Source: Candidatus Kapaibacterium sp. (GTDB taxonomy: Bacteria; Bacteroidota; Ignavibacteria; Kapaibacteriales; UBA2268). Taken from it: a stretch of 64,000 nt of DNA. Shown here piece after piece: positions 1-10,602 of this stretch. A model generated the notes under the pieces. It searched no databases. It had not been told where the DNA came from and worked only from the letters and a program-made list of their open reading frames with translations. Both the position numbers and the translations under genes were made by a program. The stretch is taken from the NCBI GenBank assembly GCA_963665665.1, contig OY762428.1:1472001-1536000 (forward strand), written 5' to 3'. Position 1 is the first letter of the stretch; each line of letters starts with the position of its first letter.

Positions 1-774
1 AGCCAGGCTTCAATTTTTTTCGGAATTGCTAATATTTATGCCCCTTATTACCGCCAAATGAATATTAATATTGCCTTTGATGAAAACAACGATTATGAGT
101 TCAATATTGCTTATCAGGACTTAAAAAAATCTTTTTTATATTATTTTGAACATTATAACAATGGCAGGCCGTTTTTTATTTTGGGGCATAGCCAGGGAGC
201 AAATCTTGGATTGGAACTGATCAAAGACATTTTCGATGATAAAAAATATTCAGACAAATTGATTGCCGCTTATATCGTGGGGTGGCCGGTAGTGCAGGAA
301 GAACTTGACGCATATCCACATTTGAAGGTATTGACTACACCAGAAGGAACCGGCGGCGTTATTCCATGGGATGTTGTTGCTGAAGATACTCAATGGGTTT
401 TGCCGACAGTTGCCCCCAATTCTATTATGGTTAATCCATTAACCTGGACTGACAGTAGAGAACCAATACCGGCAGAAAATAATCTGGGGGCTGTTTTCTT
501 TAATACAGTAGATGGTGAATATACACAAGTTTGTAATATCCCCGGATTTACCGGCGGACAAATTAAAGAAATGCCTGCAATAGACGGAGTAATTCAAAAC
601 AGTTACACTTCTATTGCAACACCGAACATTCTGAATGACCTGGTAAATGCAGGTGCAGATGTTGATAAAGATTCAAAATATGGATGCTATCACGTTATTG
701 CAATTAACCTTTTCTATGAAAATATCAGAGAAAATGCCGCAATTCGAAAAAGTGTATGGTTTGAAAACAACTAA
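1..774 (+). CDS. DUF3089-family alpha/beta hydrolase, 5'-truncated by the window edge
   Basis: Frame is open from base 1 (SQASIFFGIANIYAPYYRQM...). Motifs YAPYYRQ, GRPFFILGHSQG (GxSxG nucleophile elbow), NPLTW and a C-terminal YH. Confidence 0.75.
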   Translation, partial: SQASIFFGIANIYAPYYRQMNINIAFDENNDYEFNIAYQDLKKSFLYYFEHYNNGRPFFILGHSQGANLGLELIKDIFDDKKYSDKLIAAYIVGWPVVQEELDAYPHLKVLTTPEGTGGVIPWDVVAEDTQWVLPTVAPNSIMVNPLTWTDSREPIPAENNLGAVFFNTVDGEYTQVCNIPGFTGGQIKEMPAIDGVIQNSYTSIATPNILNDLVNAGADVDKDSKYGCYHVIAINLFYENIRENAAIRKSVWFENN

Positions 775-927
775 GCTATACAAAAGAACAGAATCAGTTA
801 TCGAATTTTGAAAAATTCAATATCCCAGACTCCTCCCGGACTTTCGAAAGGAACCGAGACTCCGGGAAAGGGTATCGGGAAGATTAGATGATATGGAATA
901 ATCAAAAATAATCAACGACTCCATATA

Positions 928-2439
928 ATGAAAAAATTAGTTTTTTGCATTAGTTTTGTTCTTATGTTTATCATTTTTTTCATCAATGAAAAGCTAAATG
1001 ATAGTCAGACTTTTGACATTGATACACCTGAAAAAGACTTGTTTCTGCAGCTAAATTATTTATCGGGTGAATTGAGAAACAGCGCCGCAGATGATATGCA
1101 AAATATCTACCCCGAGGGGTTTATCTTCACTAATGTTCTTTACGGACTTTCCTGGGCTGAAATTGCCAGATATAAAAATATACCTGATAGCATTAAAAGA
1201 CGGGCTTTATCAGAAGCGGAATGGGCCTTCAATGAGATAAAATCCGAAAGAGGCAGAAATTTATTCGAAAGAAACAAATCTCTTTGCCCAAAGTATGGTA
1301 TATTCTATTTCGGCTGGAAAAACTATCTTAAAGCCTCAATCCTCAGGGTAAAACCAAAAATATCGGAAAAGGAGAAAAATGATTTTAAACTCAATTGCGA
1401 TTCGCTTGTTCAATGCTTCTCTGACTTGCCTGTTCCATACCCTGAATCATACAGATATTCAATATGGCCTGCCGACGCATTCCCGGCTATAGCTTCACTG
1501 TCTATTCATGATCAGATTTTCACTCCGAAGTATGGGGAATTTATATTACAATGGCTTCGGGAAACAGAGAAGTATCTTGATCCGAAAACAGGTTTAATTC
1601 CACACTCCGTTAACTACTCAAACTACAAATTCAGAGAAGCCGCAAGAGGCTCATCAACGTCATTAATAATAAGGTTAATGGCTGAAATTGACAGGAAAAA
1701 GGCAAAGGAATATTATCATGTATTCAAGGAAAATTTTTATTCTACTTTCCTTGGTTTTCCAGTTATAAGGGAATATCCGAAAGGAATTAACGGCTTCGGG
1801 GATATTGATTCCGGGCCTGTTATTTTCGGGGTCGGATCAGCAGCAACAATTGTATCGATTGGTACTGCCAGGGCTGTTGGCGATACGGAAATTTCGGACG
1901 GCCTCTCAAAATTAATTGAAATAATCGGATTACCCATTCAATACCATGATAAAAAGATGTATGGGTTTGGCCTCCACCCCATTGGCGATCTGTTTATATG
2001 CTGGTCAAAATCAACATTGCCAACAAACGGAATAAATCAGGAATTCAGCTTCAGCTCTTTGAAAATAACAAGTATCATTCTGTTACTTATATTATCTGTT
2101 TTAATATTTAGAATCAGACTAAGAATGTTTTCTGATAATAATAAATCCTTCAATAGATCAGTTTTCATCCTGGCATCAATATCATTTTTATCATTCATCC
2201 TTCTTCTGATAATCCCGGAAAATAATTTTCAGAATCACTTACTTCATAATATCATACATATCATACCACTTAAAATTATTGCTGAAATATCAGGCTTATA
2301 CGGCTTTATCAACTGGATAATTATCTTTATAAACAGAAAAAAAGAGCAAACAAAAAAATATCTTCTTTATTTGCCCTTTGTATTGCTTTTACCTTTTATT
2401 TACGGTATAGTACTTTTAATTCAATATCTATTCAAGTAG
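928..2439 (+). CDS. Membrane-anchored hypothetical protein, possibly with a linalool dehydratase/isomerase-like (alpha/alpha)6 domain
   Basis: N-terminal TM segment and several C-terminal TM helices. Motifs PESY..WPAD, LDPKTGLIPH, ARGSS and REYP...DIDSGP are recalled from this family. Confidence 0.5.
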   Translation: MKKLVFCISFVLMFIIFFINEKLNDSQTFDIDTPEKDLFLQLNYLSGELRNSAADDMQNIYPEGFIFTNVLYGLSWAEIARYKNIPDSIKRRALSEAEWAFNEIKSERGRNLFERNKSLCPKYGIFYFGWKNYLKASILRVKPKISEKEKNDFKLNCDSLVQCFSDLPVPYPESYRYSIWPADAFPAIASLSIHDQIFTPKYGEFILQWLRETEKYLDPKTGLIPHSVNYSNYKFREAARGSSTSLIIRLMAEIDRKKAKEYYHVFKENFYSTFLGFPVIREYPKGINGFGDIDSGPVIFGVGSAATIVSIGTARAVGDTEISDGLSKLIEIIGLPIQYHDKKMYGFGLHPIGDLFICWSKSTLPTNGINQEFSFSSLKITSIILLLILSVLIFRIRLRMFSDNNKSFNRSVFILASISFLSFILLLIIPENNFQNHLLHNIIHIIPLKIIAEISGLYGFINWIIIFINRKKEQTKKYLLYLPFVLLLPFIYGIVLLIQYLFK

Positions 2440-2483
2440 TCTTGATATTTCAGTGACTCTTTATTGAATCATTTTTATTAACT

Positions 2484-2711
2484 TTATAAATTCATTTTGA
2501 ATTCTTCAAGATCAATCTCCGCCTGTTTGAGAATTACTCTAAGCGTATTAATTTTCACAGGTTTATGAGCAGGTACCGTTATTTTAATAATTCTATCGAC
2601 AAGATTTTTCTGCAACCTGATATGACTTCCTTTTTGCCTGATTACTTCAAACCCCAATCTTTTTAGAGAGTTAATAATTTTTACATAAGACAATGAAGGA
2701 ACCTCGCTCAT
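2484..2711 (-). CDS. hicA: HicA-family toxin (mRNA interferase)
   Basis: 75 aa with GFEVIRQKGSH, TVPAH and TLRVILKQA. Overlaps the upstream hicB by 4 nt. Confidence 0.9.
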   Translation of the reverse strand: MSEVPSLSYVKIINSLKRLGFEVIRQKGSHIRLQKNLVDRIIKITVPAHKPVKINTLRVILKQAEIDLEEFKMNL

Positions 2712-2911
2712 AATTCAATTTCTTCAAATATTCGTTTTCTTGAAACTTCAGTTTCAGTTTCTAAAGGTTCGAGATATAACTCGGCAGCCTCGCGAATATT
2801 TATCATTGCTTCTTCAACGCTATCGCCTTCGCTTATGCATCCGGGCAAAGCGGGTATATAAACTGTATATCCTCCCTCTACACATTCTTCTAATACAACT
2901 TTTAACCTCAT
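2708..2911 (-). CDS. hicB: Short HicB-like antitoxin (UPF0150 type, no DNA-binding domain)
   Basis: 67 aa with GGYTVYIPALPGCISEGDSVEEAMINIREA. Confidence 0.88.
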   Translation of the reverse strand: MRLKVVLEECVEGGYTVYIPALPGCISEGDSVEEAMINIREAAELYLEPLETETEVSRKRIFEEIEL

Positions 2912-2989
2912 TTTACACCTGTAATTATTTTGTAGTTAAGTAATAAACGAATCTGATCAGAAGAAATTTCAATACCAATAGGTTGGTCT

Positions 2990-4765
2990 CTATAACTGCA
3001 CTATCAATACTTTTTTCCTGCCATCTCTAAGTACATCCACAGTAATCATCTCTCCGGCTTTCAGTTTTTTCAGTCGGTGCATGTATTCATAAATGTCTTT
3101 AACTTTCTCGCCGTTGATAGATACAATAATATCGCCTTTCAGCATTCCGGATCCCTCAGCCGGCCCGCCCTTGCGAACACCCCCAACACCCAGGCCTTCA
3201 ATATCTGTTCGAGTGAAATCAGGCATAATGCCAAGAGTAACCTTCAGCCTTGTCCTCCTGCTTGCCTGTACTTTAGGGCCTGCTTCCAGAAAAGCCAGCA
3301 TATCCGGGGCCTTGTCAAGCTCGGCTACCAAATCGGATATAAACGTCACAATCATTTCCTCGGAGTCATAGTCCAGCCTGTCCACGTTGTCGAAGGGTGT
3401 ATGGTAATCCTCATGTGCGCCCGTTGAGATAAAGAACACGGGAATATTTTCGCCGTAAAATGCAGCATGGTCCGAAGGTCCGTAACCCTCGGGTGAATAA
3501 CTTAATTTGAAATCTAAATCTTCTGCAAGTGAATTCAGAATATCTTCGGATTCTTTTGATGTTCCGGTACCGCCAACCATAACTGTTCTGCTATCTTTAT
3601 TAAGCCTGCCCAGCATATCCATATTCACCATGGCCTTAACTTTTTTCAGATCGAAAGGAGTATTGTCAGTAAAATATTTTGATCCGAGCAGTCCCATTTC
3701 CTCTGCACCAAACGCCACGAAGACAAGAGTTCTTTTATTCTGCTCATTCGCAAAGTATTCAGCCAGTTCCAGCATTCCGGCAATACCCGATGCATTGTCG
3801 TCAGCGCCGTAATGTATGGCATTCGTATCCGGCATCCTTGAACCCGATCCCTGTCCGCCATAGCCAAGATGATCATAATGCCCGCCAATAACTATATATT
3901 CATCTTTTAGTGCAGGATCATTGCCGGGAATTATTCCGGCAACATTCTGAGTCATTGCTTTATTCCGGATAACATCTGTTTTTAAAAGGATTTCTTTAGG
4001 TATCGAAAATGAAGCAGGTAATTTCGATTCGTTCAGTTTCGATTCGAGTTCTTCAACAGTCTTACCAGTTCCATTAAGGAATTTATCGACAGCTGACCTT
4101 TTAATATTAACCACAGGAATTCCGGCGCCGGAAGAACTTTTATCGTAGAACATCGAAACAAGTTCGTCTTTCTCGCTGAATTTCGGACCTGATACAAATA
4201 TCACCCCTGCTGCGCCTTTATCTTTTGCGGAAATTACTTTTTCCCTCTCATCAACATGGTTTGCAAACAGGCTTTCGGTTTTGTCAGATTCGGGATCTCC
4301 CCTTAGTATCAGCGCCCATTTGCCTTTCAGGTCAACCCCCTTGAAATCATTCCATTTCAGGCTGTCCTCATCAATTTCAAAACCATAGCCGCAAAAAACA
4401 ACTTCGGCTTTCACATCTTCATTGGAACTAAATGAATAAGGGATAAAATCTTCTTTAACCTTGCCGGAGAAATTGTCGAATTTAAGCACATTTCCATCTC
4501 CGGCATCCACGGATTTTATAACCTCAAACTTCTGATAATAATCTTCACAAAGCGGTTTCAGCCCGAAATCTTTCATTTTTCCCCGAATATAATCAGCAGC
4601 AAGCTGCCCGCCCTTAGTTCCGGGTTTTCTGCCTGCGGTTTCATCCGAGGCAAGGTATTCAATATAATCTTTGATTTCATCGGCATTAATATCATTTTCT
4701 GCAAAAGCAAAATTTGAAGCAGTGATAAAATAAAGAACAGTAAAAGCTGTGAAGATGTATTTCAT
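2990..4765 (-). CDS. Secreted M28 metallopeptidase with PA and C-terminal PDZ domains
   Basis: Signal peptide; GHYDHLG, GADDNASG, AEEMGLLGS, NMDMLGR, SDH and YHTP motifs; PDZ segment LGIMPD...GDIIVSING. Confidence 0.9.
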   Translation of the reverse strand: MKYIFTAFTVLYFITASNFAFAENDINADEIKDYIEYLASDETAGRKPGTKGGQLAADYIRGKMKDFGLKPLCEDYYQKFEVIKSVDAGDGNVLKFDNFSGKVKEDFIPYSFSSNEDVKAEVVFCGYGFEIDEDSLKWNDFKGVDLKGKWALILRGDPESDKTESLFANHVDEREKVISAKDKGAAGVIFVSGPKFSEKDELVSMFYDKSSSGAGIPVVNIKRSAVDKFLNGTGKTVEELESKLNESKLPASFSIPKEILLKTDVIRNKAMTQNVAGIIPGNDPALKDEYIVIGGHYDHLGYGGQGSGSRMPDTNAIHYGADDNASGIAGMLELAEYFANEQNKRTLVFVAFGAEEMGLLGSKYFTDNTPFDLKKVKAMVNMDMLGRLNKDSRTVMVGGTGTSKESEDILNSLAEDLDFKLSYSPEGYGPSDHAAFYGENIPVFFISTGAHEDYHTPFDNVDRLDYDSEEMIVTFISDLVAELDKAPDMLAFLEAGPKVQASRRTRLKVTLGIMPDFTRTDIEGLGVGGVRKGGPAEGSGMLKGDIIVSINGEKVKDIYEYMHRLKKLKAGEMITVDVLRDGRKKVLIVQL

Positions 4766-4932
4766 TTTATATCCATTAAAAATTTTAATTCACTCCAATA
4801 GTTCATCGAATTTACTATAAATATATTTTAATATGAAATAAACTTATGTAACTTTTTTTATAATCAGGGATATTTTTTGGACTAATGAAGCAGTACATGG
4901 ACTATCAGATATAATATTTTGATTTTTCAAAA

Positions 4933-4960
4933 AAACAAAGGCGGCCCGAAAAGAGCAGCC
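4933..4960. repeat. Hairpin-forming copy 1 of a degenerate direct repeat flanking rloAB
   Basis: AAACAAAGGCGGCCCGAAAAGAGCAGCC here versus AAACAAAGGCTGCCCTAATGAGCAGCC at 7004-7030. Confidence 0.55.
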
Positions 4961-5055
4961 ATATTTTTACTTTCTTTAAGATATATTTTGTAAAAACAAA
5001 AATACTTCATATATTTTGAATATTTGAAAAAATACTACGTGAAATTGGAGTAGAG

Positions 5056-6345
5056 ATGATATTAGAATTTAGAGTTGAGAATTTTCTCTCTTTCAGAGAA
5101 GAGCAGATACTTAGTTTCGAAGCTACTGCTGAAAAGGGATTTGAATCAGAATATTGTGTTGATATTAATAAAAACTTAAAAATATTAAAACTAGGATTTA
5201 TATACGGGGCTAATGCTTCTGGAAAAACAAATCTGATAAAGGCTCTTCACTTTTTAAATGCTTTTATTTTACATCAAAAAAATGGAAAGAATGAACCTAC
5301 TGGCTGTGACCCATTTATTTTCGATGATTCTTGTATTGATAAGCCAAGTAGATTTTATTTATCCTTTTTTATAAATAAAACAAAATTTATTTACAATGTT
5401 GAGTTAGACGAAAAAATAGTTTATTATGAAAATTTATCTTTTTTCCCGTCTTCCAAGTCAGCTCTCATTTACGAGAGAACTTACGATAGAAATAAGGATA
5501 AAACCATTATTAAATTTGGCAATTATTCAAAATTAAAACTAAAAGACAGAAGAACAATTGAAGGCCTGACAATATCAAATAGCTCTGTTCTTTCCTCTTT
5601 TGGTAAAGCCAATGTTGAAAAATCAATAATTACAGATATATATAATTGGTTTATAGATGGATTTGCTATACCTATATATCCCAATTCTGATTTATTTGGT
5701 TGGGCACAATCGAAAATAAAAAACAACAAAAACCGCTTAGAATTTCTCCTTGATGTTTTAAAAAAAGCTGATTTTAATATTTCTTCAATTGATATTACTA
5801 CCAAAAAAATTGATATTGATAGTACTATTGAAAAAAACATCAATAGTATGAATATACCTGATGAATTAAAACAGAAAATCATTAATGATAAGATGGTGGA
5901 AGCCGAAGAAATTCGCTTCCAACATTCAACAAAAATGATGAAAAAATACCTCCCAATATCTGCAGAATCAAAAGGAACATTGAGATTTTTTGGTATGGGA
6001 GCTGTTTTAGAAAGCCTGATAAAAGATGGTTCGATATATGCTATTGATGAACTTGAGAATTCTTTGCATTATGAATTAGTAGCTCATTTTATTAAGATAT
6101 TCCTGGAAAATTCCAATAGTTCTCAGTTAATATTTACAACACATGATATAAACTTGCTAAACCTTGATTTTTTAAGGCGCGATACTGTATGGTTTGTCGA
6201 AAAAAATGAGTATGGAGCCTCAGAATTATATTCTCTCGTTGAATTTAAACTTCACAAAAATCTTTCGCCATTCAATGCATACAGGGTTGGTAAATTAGGC
6301 GCAAAACCAAATTTGTCAGATTCATCAATAAACAATTATGAGTAG
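5056..6345 (+). CDS. RloA-like AAA_21/AbiEii-type ATPase
   Basis: FRVENFLSF start, Walker A YGANASGKT, ESKGT, Walker B IDELENSLH, QLIFTTHD, RRDTVWF and YRVGKLGAKP. AT-rich. Confidence 0.85.
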   Translation: MILEFRVENFLSFREEQILSFEATAEKGFESEYCVDINKNLKILKLGFIYGANASGKTNLIKALHFLNAFILHQKNGKNEPTGCDPFIFDDSCIDKPSRFYLSFFINKTKFIYNVELDEKIVYYENLSFFPSSKSALIYERTYDRNKDKTIIKFGNYSKLKLKDRRTIEGLTISNSSVLSSFGKANVEKSIITDIYNWFIDGFAIPIYPNSDLFGWAQSKIKNNKNRLEFLLDVLKKADFNISSIDITTKKIDIDSTIEKNINSMNIPDELKQKIINDKMVEAEEIRFQHSTKMMKKYLPISAESKGTLRFFGMGAVLESLIKDGSIYAIDELENSLHYELVAHFIKIFLENSNSSQLIFTTHDINLLNLDFLRRDTVWFVEKNEYGASELYSLVEFKLHKNLSPFNAYRVGKLGAKPNLSDSSINNYE

Positions 6346-6946
6346 AAGGAAAAGAAATACTAAACCTACCAGAAGTAGTATCGCTATTGTAGGAGAGGGC
6401 AAAACAGAAATAATATATTTTCGGCAAATGAATATTTCCAAAAAATATAAATTTACTCTCAAACCGGATTTTCCAAAACATTCTGATTTAAAGTCGATAA
6501 TAAAAAAAGCGAGAAGTATGAAGGATGAAGGCTATGATCATGTTTTTTGTGTATTCGACCTGGACAGAATATTAACCGATACCACTGAAAAAAGAATCTA
6601 TGAATCGGAACTCAAAAAAATCAGATTAAAAAAAAATATTTATTTTATTGAATCACACCCTTGCTTCGAATTATGGTTTTTATATCATTTCGGAAGAAGC
6701 GGATTAAAACAATATAATTGTTGCGATAGTTTAATTCATGATTTGAAAACACATTTACCTCATTATTCAAAAGAAGAATCTTATCTGAAAAGAAATAATA
6801 TTTACAAACTTCTTATTGAAAATGGAAATATTGAAGCAGCTATAGATATTGCAACAGAAAAATGTAGTCAAAAAGCACTTAGTAATAATGAAGGCCTGAA
6901 TTTTACTATGGTACATAAGCTAATTGAATTCCTTGAAAAAAAATAG
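6338..6946 (+). CDS. rloB: RloB-family protein
   Basis: IVGEGKTEIIYF, VFCVFDLD and SHPCFELWFLYHF. Overlaps the ATPase stop codon. Confidence 0.85.
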   Translation: MSRRKRNTKPTRSSIAIVGEGKTEIIYFRQMNISKKYKFTLKPDFPKHSDLKSIIKKARSMKDEGYDHVFCVFDLDRILTDTTEKRIYESELKKIRLKKNIYFIESHPCFELWFLYHFGRSGLKQYNCCDSLIHDLKTHLPHYSKEESYLKRNNIYKLLIENGNIEAAIDIATEKCSQKALSNNEGLNFTMVHKLIEFLEKK

Positions 6947-7003
6947 ATTATTTCAACTCATTCATATAGAAAAGACTATTTGAGATAAAAATCTGACACC
7001 AAC

Positions 7004-7032
7004 AAACAAAGGCTGCCCTAATGAGCAGCCTT
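7004..7032. terminator. Hairpin terminator between convergent rloB and hydA (repeat copy 2)
   Basis: AAGGCTGC-CCTAATGA-GCAGCCTT stem with an A-rich flank, giving a U-rich tail on the minus strand. Confidence 0.7.
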
Positions 7033-7055
7033 AATAATTTGATAATCAATATCGC

Positions 7056-8933
7056 TTAGTCGATAAACTTCCCGCGTTCAGTATATTTAGTATGAAGCAG
7101 CTTGTGTGACTTATGGCCTCCCGGACCATCAATCAGGAATTTCTCATAAATATACTTCACGCTTTCGTTCTCGAATGATTTGTTAACGGAAAGATTCTCG
7201 GCTTCTTTGTATATTGCCTCCGCCCTCTTTGCCCTGATTTCCGGGCTGGTAGGAACAGGCTGGCCGCCGCCGCCAAGGCATCCGCCGGGGCATGCCATAA
7301 CTTCCACAAAGTGAACATCTGTAAGTTCCCCACGCTTCAGGGCATCCATAACTTTCTTGGCATTTGCCGTGCCGTGGGCTATCATGAATTTAACATCAAC
7401 GCCTTCAAGGAATTTCCATTCTTCCTTAACATCTTCAAGTTTTACCGTTGCTTCCCTTACGCCGTCAAAACCACGGCAGGGAGTAATATTCAGGTTCTCG
7501 AACGGTACTTCGCGGCCAGTTACAAGTTCGTAAGCAGTACGCAGGGCTGATTCCATAACCCCACCAGTAGCACCGAAAATCAAACCTGATCCTGTATCGC
7601 CGAATGGCTCGTCAAATTTTTCTTTTGGAGCTTCAGGAAGATGTATACCGGCTTCCCTGATCATCTGGGCCATTTCGCGCGTTGTCAATACAAAATCCAC
7701 ATCTTTGAAACCTGAATCAGTCATCTCAGGCCTGTTTGCTTCAAATTTCTTTGCCGAACAAGGCATCAGGGATACCGATACAATCTTGGAAGGATCAATA
7801 CCGTGTTCATCTGCATAATATGTTTTGATCAAAGCTCCAAACATCTGCTGAGGCGATTTGCACGATGAAACATGTGCAAGATACTCAGGATAGAAATGTT
7901 CAATATATTTCACCCATCCAGGAGAGCAGGATGTAAACATTGGTAACTTAACGGATGAATCCTGATCTACAATTGCTTTTTTCAGTCTTGTCAGGAGCTC
8001 GGTTCCTTCTTCCATGATCGTAAGGTCGGCAGTAAAGTTAGTATCGAATACTCTGTCGAAACCAATAGTCCTGAGAGCGGAATTCAGTTCATAAGTCATT
8101 GAAGTTCCGGCTTCCAGGCCGAATTCTTCTCCAATAGCTGCCCTGGGTGACGGCGCTGTTTGGATTACCACATGTTTTTCAGGATCATCAATTGCATTCC
8201 AGATTTCATCCGAAGGGTCATTTGCCTTCAGCGCTGCTGTAGGACAGCGGTTTATACACTGGCCACAACCGATACAGATAACATTAGGCAATGTTTTATC
8301 GAGGAAAGTGGAAATTGTTGTTTTATCTCCACGATTAGTAGCTTCCAGAACGCCGACTTCCTGCAGGTCGATGCAGGTACGGATACAGCGCTTGCAGAGG
8401 ATACATTTATTCATATCCCTTGTAACAGCATAGCTGTGCCTGTCAACTATATGCTGAGGCTCTTTGATATGTCCGAAACGGAAAAAATCAACCCCGTATT
8501 CTTTAGCCAGGGCCTGAAGTTCGCAGTTATTGTTCCTGCGGCAGGAATAGCACTCACCGTAGTGTTCGCTAAGAAGCAGGTCAAGAATATGACGTCTTGC
8601 CTTGCGAACTTTGGAAGTTGAGGTAAATACTTTGATTTTATTTGTAATCGGGAAAGCGCATGAAGCCTGTAATGTGCGCATACCTTCCACTTCAACCACG
8701 CATAAACGGCATACGCCGGCTATGCATAGATCTTCGTGATGGCACAGCGTGGGAATATGAAAATTATTTTCCCTGCATGCTTCAAGAATTGTAGTACCGA
8801 TAGCAACTTTTACCGGTTTATTATTAATCTCTATTTCAATCATCCCGCCAATATCGCTGTCGTCAGCTTTCTGTTTTACAACCATAGGCTGCTGGCTGAC
8901 CGGGGCACGGGAAGTATTATTTATATTTGACAT
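7056..8933 (-). CDS. hydA: [FeFe]-hydrogenase group A catalytic subunit (HydA/HndD)
   Basis: H-cluster motifs FTSCSPGW, MPCSAKKFE and EVMACPGGCLGGGGQP. N-terminal 2Fe-2S, His-ligated 4Fe-4S (HYGECYSC) and two further 4Fe-4S motifs. Confidence 0.95.
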   Translation of the reverse strand: MSNINNTSRAPVSQQPMVVKQKADDSDIGGMIEIEINNKPVKVAIGTTILEACRENNFHIPTLCHHEDLCIAGVCRLCVVEVEGMRTLQASCAFPITNKIKVFTSTSKVRKARRHILDLLLSEHYGECYSCRRNNNCELQALAKEYGVDFFRFGHIKEPQHIVDRHSYAVTRDMNKCILCKRCIRTCIDLQEVGVLEATNRGDKTTISTFLDKTLPNVICIGCGQCINRCPTAALKANDPSDEIWNAIDDPEKHVVIQTAPSPRAAIGEEFGLEAGTSMTYELNSALRTIGFDRVFDTNFTADLTIMEEGTELLTRLKKAIVDQDSSVKLPMFTSCSPGWVKYIEHFYPEYLAHVSSCKSPQQMFGALIKTYYADEHGIDPSKIVSVSLMPCSAKKFEANRPEMTDSGFKDVDFVLTTREMAQMIREAGIHLPEAPKEKFDEPFGDTGSGLIFGATGGVMESALRTAYELVTGREVPFENLNITPCRGFDGVREATVKLEDVKEEWKFLEGVDVKFMIAHGTANAKKVMDALKRGELTDVHFVEVMACPGGCLGGGGQPVPTSPEIRAKRAEAIYKEAENLSVNKSFENESVKYIYEKFLIDGPGGHKSHKLLHTKYTERGKFID

Positions 8934-8945
8934 TATTATTTCCGC

Positions 8946-10118
8946 CTATCTTTGTAAAAATATCTCGTTTTCGAAATGTGTCATAATAGCTATAAAAGGG
9001 TTAGGGCTGGACTGGCCAAGCCCGCACTTTGACGTAAGCTGCATCGTCCTTCCAAGGTCCATCAGTTCCCTGAGATAAGACATTGAGCAGGTTCCCTCTT
9101 CTATCATTTCCACGCCTTCAAGCAGTTTGATATTTCCAATACGGCATGGTGTACACTGGCCGCATGATTCTTCAACGAAAAATTCCATAAAGTTTTTCAG
9201 AACTTTAAGCATATCCCTTGTTTCGTTGAAAATCAGTACCGAACCGCCCGTTGTTAGGTCTTCGAATGAAAGGTTTCGCCCGAACTCGGATCTTGGAATA
9301 CAGATTCCCGAAGCTCCGCCAACCTGGACAGCTTTTGTGTTTTCAGCGCCAACCATTGTAAGCATTTCTGTAATTGTGGTACCGAAAGGGACTTCATAAA
9401 CTCCCGGTTTAGCGCAATCACCTGAAACGGAAATCAATTTCGTACCTGTGGACTTGCTGGTTCCGAGAGAATTAAACCATTCAGCGCCCTTAAACATTAT
9501 TACAGGAATAGCAGAAAATGTTTCAACATTATTTACAACGGTAGGATGCCCCATAAATCCTGTATTTACAGGGAAAGGCGGCCTGTTTCTGGGTTCGCCC
9601 CTGTGCCCTTCGAGTGATTCTATCAACGCAGATTCCTCGCCGCAAACATAAGCTCCCGCGCCAAGCCTGATTTCAATATCAAAAGAAAAGCCTGATCCAA
9701 GGATATTTTTTCCAAGGCGGTTTGCATTTCTCATTGTTTGCAGAATAGTTTCCAGCTTCCTGAGCAGGTAGCAATATTCGCCACGCAGGTAGAGATACCC
9801 CTTTGATGCGCCGATAGAATAACCGCAAATAGCCATTCCCTCGAATATCAGCTTCGAATACTCGTCCAGAAGCACCCTGTCTTTGAATGTTCCGGGTTCT
9901 CCTTCATCAGCATTGCAAACAACATATTTTTTATTAGATATTGCAGCAGCAGCAAGCATCCATTTAGTTCCCGTGGGGAATCCGGCTCCGCCCCTGCCTT
10001 TAAGCCCGGACTCGCGAATATCCATAACGATATCCTGAGGTTTCATTTTCAGAGCCTCTGCCAGCCCGTCGCCATGATTCTTTCTGTTAAAAAGAACTGT
10101 TTCGTTTAAAATCGGCAT
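8946..10118 (-). CDS. hydB: NuoF-like NADH/FMN-binding hydrogenase subunit (short HydB)
   Basis: GRGGAGFPTG, NADEGEPGTFKDR, GAYVCGEE and one C-terminal CGQCTPC...C cluster. Only 390 aa. Confidence 0.9.
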   Translation of the reverse strand: MPILNETVLFNRKNHGDGLAEALKMKPQDIVMDIRESGLKGRGGAGFPTGTKWMLAAAAISNKKYVVCNADEGEPGTFKDRVLLDEYSKLIFEGMAICGYSIGASKGYLYLRGEYCYLLRKLETILQTMRNANRLGKNILGSGFSFDIEIRLGAGAYVCGEESALIESLEGHRGEPRNRPPFPVNTGFMGHPTVVNNVETFSAIPVIMFKGAEWFNSLGTSKSTGTKLISVSGDCAKPGVYEVPFGTTITEMLTMVGAENTKAVQVGGASGICIPRSEFGRNLSFEDLTTGGSVLIFNETRDMLKVLKNFMEFFVEESCGQCTPCRIGNIKLLEGVEMIEEGTCSMSYLRELMDLGRTMQLTSKCGLGQSSPNPFIAIMTHFENEIFLQR

Positions 10119-10128
10119 TTCCTGACTC

Positions 10129-10602
10129 CTATTTGCAACTGTTCAGAATATCAACAACCTTATGAGGAGTTACTTTTGTAAACACCTCATCATTAATTAA
10201 CATCGCGGGACCCTGATCGCACATACCCATGCAATTGATATATTCCAGGGTAAATTTTTTATCGGGTGTTGTTTCCCCGAATTTAATCCCAAGTTCTCTT
10301 TCAATAGTCCTGGCTATAGCGTCTTTTCCTTCCAGGTCGCATGAAATTGTTCTGCAAAGCTTAATAATATATTTACCTTCCTTACTTGATTTCAGGAATG
10401 AATAAAAAGTAATAACGCCATATACTTCAACCGGATGAATATCCAGAAGCCTGGCAATTTCCTGCTGAGCAAAATCCGAAATATGCCCGTGCTTGCGCTG
10501 AATATCCTGAAGAATAGGAAGCAGTGCCTGCCGTCCGTCGTCATATTTTTCGACTAATTCTTCAATTTCTCTTGTCAATACATTTTTTTCACTGACCAGC
10601 AT
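10129..10602 (-). CDS. hydC: NuoE-like 2Fe-2S hydrogenase subunit (HydC)
   Basis: CRTISC...CMGMCDQGP thioredoxin-like 2Fe-2S motif; VITFYSF. Confidence 0.9.
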   Translation of the reverse strand: MLVSEKNVLTREIEELVEKYDDGRQALLPILQDIQRKHGHISDFAQQEIARLLDIHPVEVYGVITFYSFLKSSKEGKYIIKLCRTISCDLEGKDAIARTIERELGIKFGETTPDKKFTLEYINCMGMCDQGPAMLINDEVFTKVTPHKVVDILNSCK

